From the NCBI GenBank assembly GCA_964510585.1, contig CAZECW010000106.1:1-10948 (forward strand): a stretch of 10,948 nt of DNA, in the 5' to 3' direction. Below, piece by piece: positions 1 through 6,487 of this stretch. Each line of letters opens with the position of its first letter. Within the stretch, counting starts at the first letter, position 1. The stretch is from an uncultured archaeon. GTDB lineage: Archaea; Asgardarchaeota; Jordiarchaeia; Jordiarchaeales; Jordiarchaeaceae. Made by a program: the position numbers and the translations under genes. The notes under the pieces were generated by a model. The model saw only the letters and a list, made by a program, of their open reading frames with translations, ran no database searches and had not been told where the DNA came from.

Positions 1-1
1 C

Positions 2-547
2 GGCTTCCACGTGCTTGCGCCCTATCCGGGTACTGAGGTTAGGGAGAGGGCTGAGGAGCTGGGGCTAAAAATTCTGCATAATGACTGGTTGAGGTATGAT
101 GCCAACCAGGCGGTTTCAGAAACAAAAGACGTCAGCGCCGATTACATAAACAAGGTAATTAGGGAGTTTAAGGATTCCATAGAAGCAGCTGTGGAAAGGA
201 AGGAGGAACTTAAAAAGCAGGGGCTTCTCAGTAAGAAGGATGAGGAGGAAATCGAGCTTAGGAAGAGAAGATTGGTAGCTTGGCAAATATTGAAGAACGA
301 TTACGTAGAAAGGCACGGTAAATTTTCAGGAGACGGGGATCCAGTTGGACTCCTTACAGAGAAACTATACGCTATAAAAACCGTTTCATCTATTTTAACG
401 AAGGAGGAGCTCGCAGAAGAAATAAGGAAAATGCTTGAGGAAGGTATTCTAAACTATACGCGGAGTGACGGTTCAGTGACTTGGTTCTGGGCCAATATAG
501 GTGGGCGGGAGAAGCTTCAAGCAGGACTCGGGCAAAATGTCAAATAG
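2..547 (+). CDS. Cobalamin-binding (class B) radical SAM protein, C-terminal part only (5' end outside window); paralogue 1
   Basis: Frame is open from base 2 (GFHVLAPYPGTEVRERAEELG...). It aligns colinearly with the C-termini of 679..2286 and 6488..8080: LAP[FY]PGTEVRE, NxWLRYDAN, RRRxLxAWxxLKND, W-x-W near the end. The track's start at 11 is an internal GTG. Confidence 0.9.
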   Translation, partial: GFHVLAPYPGTEVRERAEELGLKILHNDWLRYDANQAVSETKDVSADYINKVIREFKDSIEAAVERKEELKKQGLLSKKDEEEIELRKRRLVAWQILKNDYVERHGKFSGDGDPVGLLTEKLYAIKTVSSILTKEELAEEIRKMLEEGILNYTRSDGSVTWFWANIGGREKLQAGLGQNVK

Positions 548-599
548 CCACATTCCTATTTGGCTTTACAGCAAATTGGAATCCGTTAGATTTGGAGTA

Positions 600-623
600 T
601 TTACGTAAAATTTAAGTACTTAA
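600..623 (+). promoter_or_regulatory. Probable BRE/TATA promoter of radical SAM paralogue 2 (AAAATTTAAGTA, 607-618) overlapped by two palindromes
   Basis: AAAATTTAAGTA matches AAAACTTAAGTA upstream of paralogue 3. Perfect palindromes TTTACGTAAA (600-609) and TTAAGTACTTAA (612-623). Confidence 0.5.
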
Positions 624-678
624 TTGCTATGTTTTTGCGTTAAACTCATTCAAGCTAAAGGTTGTGTGGTTGAGTGAT

Positions 679-2286
679 ATGAGAACCTTGTTGATAAATG
701 TTCCCTATCCTTTCTCAGAGTGTCCAACTCTGCCTCTGGGATTAACTTACTTGGCTGCGGTACTTGAGAAGAATGGCTACGAAGTTCAAATTCTTGACAT
801 GGTTATTTCGAGATTTTCATTAAAGAAGATTAAGGAGAAAATCTTGGAGTTCAAACCAGACATTTGTGGCGCTGGGCCGGTTACTATGAATTATCCCACG
901 GCTCTACGGGCGCTTAAGGTTTGTAAGGAAATGGGTTGTATGACTGTAATAGGTGGGTGTCATGTTACCTTTTGGGATGAGGAATGTTTGACAGAGGCAC
1001 CCTACATCGATGTTGTGGTTAGGAGGGAGGGAGAATACACCTTGCTTGATTTGGTCAAGGGTAGGGACTTCAAAGATATCTTGGGCATAACTTACAGAGA
1101 AGATGGACAAATTGTGGTTAATCCAGACAGGCCTTTCATTCAGAATCTGGATGAGCTACCATTTCCAGCGCGCCATCTTCTTCCCTTGGCGAAGTATCAC
1201 GCCTACAAAACTGGGGCCAGTATGATCACTGCGCGGGGTTGTCCCTACCACTGTATCTTCTGTGTTGGGCATAAAATGGTTGGTTCCAAAGTTCGCTACC
1301 GTAACCCCAAGCTGGTTGTAGACGAAATTGAGGAAATCCTTAGTTTGGGATTCAAGGACATATGCATAGAGGACGACCAGCTGACCATGAATCACAAACA
1401 TGTCTTCGCCATTTGCGACGAGATTATCAGTAGAGGGTTAAAGTTTGATTGGGCTGCGTTCTCCAGATGTGACACTGTTACACCTGAACTTGTGAAAAAG
1501 ATGAGGGAGGCCGGTTGCTACTATTTCTGCTACGGCGTTGAGAGCGGGAACCAAAGGATTCTTGATTTAGCCAGAAAAAGACAGACTCGAGAAAAAATAG
1601 TGAGAGGCGTAAAAATAGCTAAGCAGGGAGGAATTAATGTTCTCGCCTCGTTCATAATGGGGCTTCCTGGAGAAACTCCCCAAACCATGAAGGAATCGCT
1701 GGAGTTTGGAGCTTCACTGAACACATCCTACGGGTACCATATTCTTGCACCGTTCCCAGGAACAGAGGTTAGAGAGAAGGCCAAAGAGTTTGGAATAAGG
1801 ATACTTCACAATAACTGGCTTAGATACGATGCTAACCAGGCAGTTACAGAGAGTGATGAGGTGCCCAAAGAACTCCTAAACAAGGTAGTGGGCGAATTTA
1901 ACGCCGCCATAGAGGAATGCATTAGAGACACTGAGAGACAAGTGGAACAGGGCACTGCTACACCCGACATGGTTGCGGAAATCAACCTGAGGAGAAGACG
2001 CAAACTGGCCTGGCTGCTCCTGAAAAATGACCGCATAGAGAGACACGGGATAACTGAAAACAATGGGGAGGAACCAGTAAAACTCTTAGCAGACAAGATG
2101 CACTCCTTCGGATCCATATCCCGAATTCTCAAAAGAGACCAAGTGGAAACAGTGCTAGGACAGTTTGTAAAGGAAGGCTTACTGGAATACAAGGCGGATG
2201 ACAACAAAATACAGTGGAACTGGGTGGACATTGGGGCAAAGGTGAGAAAAAAACAAATCCCAGAAATACAAAAAATGAAGACTTAA
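679..2286 (+). CDS. Cobalamin-binding (class B) radical SAM protein, paralogue 2 (535 aa from ATG 679)
   Basis: N-terminal B12-binding domain (PLGLTYLAAVLEKNGYEVQILD, IGGCHVTF, VVRREGEYT). Radical SAM triad RGCPYHCIFC (CxxxCxxC), then EDD, YGVESGN, FIMGLPGET and APFPGT motifs. ATG 679 follows GAGTGA and gives MRTLLIN, matching paralogue 3; the track's GTG 664 is less likely. Confidence 0.93.
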   Translation: MRTLLINVPYPFSECPTLPLGLTYLAAVLEKNGYEVQILDMVISRFSLKKIKEKILEFKPDICGAGPVTMNYPTALRALKVCKEMGCMTVIGGCHVTFWDEECLTEAPYIDVVVRREGEYTLLDLVKGRDFKDILGITYREDGQIVVNPDRPFIQNLDELPFPARHLLPLAKYHAYKTGASMITARGCPYHCIFCVGHKMVGSKVRYRNPKLVVDEIEEILSLGFKDICIEDDQLTMNHKHVFAICDEIISRGLKFDWAAFSRCDTVTPELVKKMREAGCYYFCYGVESGNQRILDLARKRQTREKIVRGVKIAKQGGINVLASFIMGLPGETPQTMKESLEFGASLNTSYGYHILAPFPGTEVREKAKEFGIRILHNNWLRYDANQAVTESDEVPKELLNKVVGEFNAAIEECIRDTERQVEQGTATPDMVAEINLRRRRKLAWLLLKNDRIERHGITENNGEEPVKLLADKMHSFGSISRILKRDQVETVLGQFVKEGLLEYKADDNKIQWNWVDIGAKVRKKQIPEIQKMKT

Positions 2287-2354
2287 GATAACAAAAATTA
2301 TTCTGCCCTTAAATTTTCATTTTTCCAGTGATTTTTTCTTTGTCCTTGTTTGTT
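2287..2354. terminator. Convergent intergenic region with T-tracts, probable archaeal-type terminators for both strands
   Basis: The + strand carries TTTTCATTTTT and ATTTTTTCTTTGTCCTTGTTTGTT. The - strand carries a T5 tract (forward ACAAAAATTA, about 2291-2300). It lies between converging stop codons. Confidence 0.45.
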
Positions 2355-3509
2355 TCAATCCTGCGCGATGTAGTAGAGCGAGGGGTCGTCTTTTTTCTCT
2401 TCTTCGCTTCTGAAGAGTCTGGGTATTGCGGGGTCAAAATCGTTTTCCATGAAGTAGGGTACATACTTCTTCATTGTTCTTTCTGTGAGGTTCCAGTCTA
2501 TTTTGTCCGTGATTCCTACAAAGTTGGTATACCGGGCATACCCATAGCAGTAGGCAAATGCTCCCGCGATTAGGCGCTGTCTTTTATCCCATTCCGAGAA
2601 GCGCATATAGAGTTCCGCCTGGGCGCTCTGGGCAAACTCATTAAATGCTTCTAATACGTCCAAGTCTAAAGGCTCCACTTTGTCTCCTTTTCGTGTGAAT
2701 AGAGCTACTCCCGTAATTTTTTCTGTGTAGTCTACTGGTTCTGTGGTCATGGTTGAAAAATCGTCGAATTTGGCTTTTACACCCTTTAATCGATAGGCGC
2801 AGGCGATGTTGCTGTAGGGTGCTTTGGCTTCTGTTGCTGACCAGGGAAAGTGTGGTTTTCCTCCATCATAAATGTGTAATATTTCGCTGAAGACTAGGAT
2901 TTCATCTTTACCTATTTTGTAGGGTCCGTGGTCGCAGAGTTTGGCTCTTGCCTCACACTCGTCTAAAAACGCGTAGACCTCTAGGTTAGTCATAACCCTT
3001 TTTATCTTGGCTCCTTCCTCGGGTGTTATGTCTATGATTTGTTCTTTAACCCAATCTATGTCGGATTGATTCAGGGCCAAGTTCTCCCAGTTTGAATCAT
3101 AAACTGTTAGTTTTCCTCCTGGAAAATATGAGGATGCCAACCTTTTCCAGAAGTCGAGTATGAAGGCAGTCTGCTCCCTCTTCTCCTTGGGCTCCGATCT
3201 GGGGTCTCCCTTGTTGGCGAAAATCTCCCCCATTCTGCCACACATGTAGTAGAGTGGAATGTAAAATATGGTCATGGCGTGTAGCTCTGAGAGTATCTTT
3301 CTGCTCTCCCTACCCATTCTTTCTGGAGTGGTCTTCTCTGATACCTTCTTTAATATGTTGAAGAGTATGTCATAACTGTTATAAAAAGAGACGCAAATAT
3401 AGGCGGTTACTGGGAAGAGCTGTGACTCTAGTAGGCCTCTGCTGGTAACTTGGTAATCCACGACTCTTGAAATGTGGGGTATAAGCTTGTTAGCTTCTGC
3501 AATACTCAT
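2355..3509 (-). CDS. Uncharacterised ~384-aa protein A, paralogue of 4987..6159
   Basis: Long ORF with GGTGGAAGGTG RBS upstream of the ATG. Shares blocks with 4987..6159: ESQLFxVTAY, GRM, FxLDFWxRxASxYF, KxKRVMxxL, AFLxxCExRA, GPYxIGxDEILxF, FTRxGDKxEPxxLD, FAxxAQxELY. No function recognised. Confidence 0.88.
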   Translation of the reverse strand: MSIAEANKLIPHISRVVDYQVTSRGLLESQLFPVTAYICVSFYNSYDILFNILKKVSEKTTPERMGRESRKILSELHAMTIFYIPLYYMCGRMGEIFANKGDPRSEPKEKREQTAFILDFWKRLASSYFPGGKLTVYDSNWENLALNQSDIDWVKEQIIDITPEEGAKIKRVMTNLEVYAFLDECEARAKLCDHGPYKIGKDEILVFSEILHIYDGGKPHFPWSATEAKAPYSNIACAYRLKGVKAKFDDFSTMTTEPVDYTEKITGVALFTRKGDKVEPLDLDVLEAFNEFAQSAQAELYMRFSEWDKRQRLIAGAFAYCYGYARYTNFVGITDKIDWNLTERTMKKYVPYFMENDFDPAIPRLFRSEEEKKDDPSLYYIAQD

Positions 3510-3603
3510 TAAGAAACACCTTCCACCTTTTTATTTTTCAATTTTTATGATTGGTTTTGTCCATTCCTCAAAACTTAAATTTGTATCTGTTTTTGTTCCT
3601 GTT

Positions 3604-3969
3604 TTATTCTTCTAAAATGTATAGTTCTCCTTTGGAGCCTCCGAGGGCGACGATTTTTGCCTTTTTTCCGTTTAATTCGCCGTTGTATCGAATTTCTGTT
3701 CCCATTAGCCCCGGTATGCCGAATTCTCTTGTCACTATGGCTAAATGTGCCCCTAGGCCTCCTGATAGGCACACTACTCCGGATACGCGTGAAAGTACTG
3801 GTGCTAGGGTGGTGGTTCCCGCGTCTTGGACCACTGGTATTTTTCCTTGCGGGCCTGATTTGAGGAGGGAAACCACATCCTGAACCGTTTTTATTACCAC
3901 CAGTTGGCCCTCGGCATTCTTTTCACAGCTTATCATTCCTTCAGCAATTTTTTTGTAGCTCATACTCAT
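3604..3969 (-). CDS. Stand-alone PEP-utilizing-enzyme mobile (swivel) domain with putative phosphorylatable His75
   Basis: Motif VSGVVCLSGGLGAHLAIVTREFGIPGLMG closely resembles the GGxxxH-x-AI[VI]xRExGIP phosphohistidine signature of PEP synthase, PPDK and PTS enzyme I. The His codon is at 3747-3745. The protein is only 121 aa; the start could be 3969 or 3963, with GAGG upstream. Confidence 0.88.
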   Translation of the reverse strand: MSMSYKKIAEGMISCEKNAEGQLVVIKTVQDVVSLLKSGPQGKIPVVQDAGTTTLAPVLSRVSGVVCLSGGLGAHLAIVTREFGIPGLMGTEIRYNGELNGKKAKIVALGGSKGELYILEE

Positions 3970-4001
3970 CCCTCGTAATACTACCTATAGAAAAACATAC
4001 T

Positions 4002-4022
4002 CTTATAAATCAATTGGAAGAA
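4002..4022 (-). promoter_or_regulatory. Promoter for swivel gene and protein A: TTCTTCCAATTGATTTATAAG, including TATA box TTTATAAG
   Basis: TATA box lies about 33 bp upstream of ATG 3969. It is 19/21 identical to 6211..6231. Confidence 0.65.
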
Positions 4023-4087
4023 TTCATACTTCAATAACTGATTTTTTTGTTGCGGTTAGGCAAATCTAGTGGTTTATTTTTTCACTT

Positions 4088-4990
4088 TTAAACCTTGGTG
4101 GTTACTAGGTATTCTGAGATGCCGTAGCCTTTTTCCTGTTCTCCTCGGACTTGGAACTCTGAAAAGTTTTCGTAAATATCTGTGCGGGCCCCTTCTTTAG
4201 ATTGGCGTGGCGGATAAACTATTCCATACACTTTTTTTGAAATAATTGTCCTAGACACTCCATTTTCGTCTTTGGCGATGTAGGTAGATTCTCTGGGTGT
4301 TTTTCCGTCTCTCTCGTATTTGGTTTCGATTTTTGCATCTAATACTTCAACGTTGCCTTCACTGTTTGATACGAATCCGCTGATTTCGGTTTTTTTACCA
4401 ATTGTTAGCCTTATTACGTTTATGGCGTAGTTATCGAATTGGGCTTGCATCCAGTCCCACTTTGTAATTTTTGAGTAGTCTCTCAGGCCCCAAGAGTGGT
4501 CGCGGTGCCCGTAGCTGTCAACTTTTATGGCGGCTCCATCAGGGAATCTGATTACCCCATTCACTTTACAGCTTTGCTCATAATGCTCCTGTTCAAGAAC
4601 ATCCTTTACGTATGATTTTTTGGGGTCGAATCTAAATACTGGGAATCTGCCAAGAAACGTGAAGTCCATGTTCACCTTTTCCGTTTCTAGGAAAACGTTC
4701 CATCTTTTTTGGGGCTTTACCAGGTCAAAGGTCAACTTTCCATCGCTTATACTTTTCAGTTTGCCGCTCACCCCTGTGGAGTTCATATAACCGTCAACTT
4801 TTCCATCAACCACATATGTTGCGAGGAAGTCTGTTCTCCCATTGTTGGGATAAGTGGATATGTAGAAAACCCCGCAGACCTTACTTTTACCGTCCATGTA
4901 TGTAAAATACCAGGATTCCTTCCAATCAATTCTCGGAGGATAGTCGTGGGGATACTCCTCCCAGTCCTCAATTGTTCTACCTAAACTCAT
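4088..4990 (-). CDS. CrtC/AttH/tocopherol-cyclase-like beta-barrel protein (resembles DUF7064/DUF7065-type proteins), 300 aa
   Basis: Motifs WKESWYF, HYEQ and GHRDHSWGLR in a beta-rich, aromatic-rich sequence. ATG at 4990 overlaps the TGA of the upstream gene (ATGA) and follows GGTGG, so the track's start at 5080 is probably too long. The family label is recalled, not searched. Confidence 0.7.
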   Translation of the reverse strand: MSLGRTIEDWEEYPHDYPPRIDWKESWYFTYMDGKSKVCGVFYISTYPNNGRTDFLATYVVDGKVDGYMNSTGVSGKLKSISDGKLTFDLVKPQKRWNVFLETEKVNMDFTFLGRFPVFRFDPKKSYVKDVLEQEHYEQSCKVNGVIRFPDGAAIKVDSYGHRDHSWGLRDYSKITKWDWMQAQFDNYAINVIRLTIGKKTEISGFVSNSEGNVEVLDAKIETKYERDGKTPRESTYIAKDENGVSRTIISKKVYGIVYPPRQSKEGARTDIYENFSEFQVRGEQEKGYGISEYLVTTKV

Positions 4991-6159
4991 TTTTCCACCA
5001 TCCAGTAGAATGTGGGGTCCCTTGCCCACTCCTCCTTTGGTCTGAAGATTCTTGCCCATGAGGGATGCATAATTTTCCACTCATTCATAACTTTGGGTAA
5101 CCATTTTTCTCTTGTTTCCTCAGTTATACCAAATTTGAACTTGTTTGTTATTCCCGCCAAGTCTGTGAACACGAAAAGGTAGGTTGTGAAAACTTGGGCC
5201 CCGGAGAGAATCTTCATTTCTTCTGGCCACTCAGCAAATTTTAGGTAAAGCTCGCTTTGCGCGTCTGTTGCAAATTGGTTCAGTGGATCAAGCATGTCCA
5301 GCTCCACGGGTTCTATCTTGTCGCCTCTACGGGTAAAAATTGCCACCTTACGAATGTTATTGGTGTAATCTTCAGGTTTAATGAACATTGTTCCGTAGTC
5401 CGTAAACTCTGCAGATTCGATTCCCTTAAGAGTTAAAGCGAAACACACATTGGGCAATGGAGATTTAGCATCTAGGTCACCCCACTCAAATTTGAGGTTT
5501 GTTCCATCCCAAAGAGGCGAGAACTCCCTGAATATCAATATTTCGTCCTCACCTATCCTGTAAGGCCCCATTTCATGTATGGAAGCTCTACACTCACAAT
5601 AGTAGAGAAAAGCAGTTAACTGCAGCTGAGCCATAACCCTCTTCAACTTGGAAACCTTTTCCCTACCCAGCTCTACGAGGTTCTCCTTAACCAATCTGAG
5701 TATGGAGCCCGGAAGTATGTTTATTCTGAAACGGTTATCATCCGCAAATAGGTTCCCGTCAAAGTAAGCACTGGCCATCCTCTGCCAGAAATCAAGCATG
5801 AAGTTAACTTCCTTCCTCCTCTCCTCAGGCTCATTCTCCGGTCCTCCCAACTCCCATAATGTCTGCATCCTCCCTATCATATATAGCCCAATAAATGCCC
5901 ACATTCCCAAAGTATTGGGCACCATTGCAAGCGTCTTGCTTCTCCTACCTATTTCAGCCGGGTCAATATGCTTTGCTAACTCCCTCATAATATTGTACTG
6001 GTACCCGTTGTAAAGCTGGAAACAAGCCAGACAATTATAGGCAGTAACATTAAACAGCTGTGACTCTACAAGCGTCCTTTCCGAGAGAAGCCTCGTAGAC
6101 ACATCACTAACTCTACTTATTAATTGATTAACTCTATCAATGTTAAGATCACCCAACAT
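4987..6159 (-). CDS. Uncharacterised ~390-aa protein B, paralogue of 2355..3509
   Basis: Long ORF with GGAGGG RBS (6171-6166). Shares extensive colinear blocks with protein A. No function recognised. Confidence 0.88.
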   Translation of the reverse strand: MLGDLNIDRVNQLISRVSDVSTRLLSERTLVESQLFNVTAYNCLACFQLYNGYQYNIMRELAKHIDPAEIGRRSKTLAMVPNTLGMWAFIGLYMIGRMQTLWELGGPENEPEERRKEVNFMLDFWQRMASAYFDGNLFADDNRFRINILPGSILRLVKENLVELGREKVSKLKRVMAQLQLTAFLYYCECRASIHEMGPYRIGEDEILIFREFSPLWDGTNLKFEWGDLDAKSPLPNVCFALTLKGIESAEFTDYGTMFIKPEDYTNNIRKVAIFTRRGDKIEPVELDMLDPLNQFATDAQSELYLKFAEWPEEMKILSGAQVFTTYLFVFTDLAGITNKFKFGITEETREKWLPKVMNEWKIMHPSWARIFRPKEEWARDPTFYWMVEK

Positions 6160-6210
6160 GGAAAACCCTCCAAAAACAATTTTTTAAGTTTTTAATTATC
6201 TCTCTCTTAA

Positions 6211-6231
6211 CTTATAAACTAATTGGAAGAA
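6211..6231 (-). promoter_or_regulatory. Promoter for protein B and beta-barrel gene: TTCTTCCAATTAGTTTATAAG, including TATA box TTTATAAG
   Basis: TATA box lies about 52 bp upstream of ATG 6159, leaving room for an SD-containing leader. It is 19/21 identical to 4002..4022. Confidence 0.65.
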
Positions 6232-6451
6232 ACGTTTTATCGCATAATTGCCTAGTTTTTTCCTTATTGGGAGGGAGCAAAATTTTCTCGAACCACATTT
6301 TAAACCCTTTTTCTGCGGATTTCAGTCACCATACAAATACAGTAAACAAACGCAATATTGTTCAAAAACAGCAGGAGGAAGAAAGGAAACCAGAGAAAAA
6401 CCTACAACCATTAAAAGGGGGGTTAGTAATTTATCAAACGTTATTTTGGGC

Positions 6452-6463
6452 AAAACTTAAGTA
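6452..6463 (+). promoter_or_regulatory. BRE/TATA promoter of radical SAM paralogue 3 (AAAACTTAAGTA), probably leaderless transcript
   Basis: Ends 24 bp before ATG 6488, the usual TATA-to-start spacing for leaderless archaeal mRNAs. No SD is visible. Matches 607-618 at 11/12 positions. Confidence 0.55.
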
Positions 6464-6487
6464 TTAGTATTTATGGTTGTACCACTT

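Noticed and set aside
116-2573. ORFs 116..316, 904..1110, 1156..1401, 1530..1724, 1806..2231 (-) and 2328..2573 (+)
   Set aside because: Antisense shadows of well-supported genes, with no motifs or RBS.
3551-5080. ORFs 3551..3883, 3575..3772, 3657..3863, 4709..4984, 4783..4971 and the 30-aa N-terminal extension of 4088..5080
   Set aside because: They overlap the swivel or barrel genes in other frames. The extension overlaps protein B, whereas ATG 4990 has a clean ATGA overlap and an SD.
600-6443. Recurrent ACGT-centred dyads near promoters (603, 6232, 6438) as a common operator
   Set aside because: Offsets from the TATA boxes are inconsistent, and the flanks differ.
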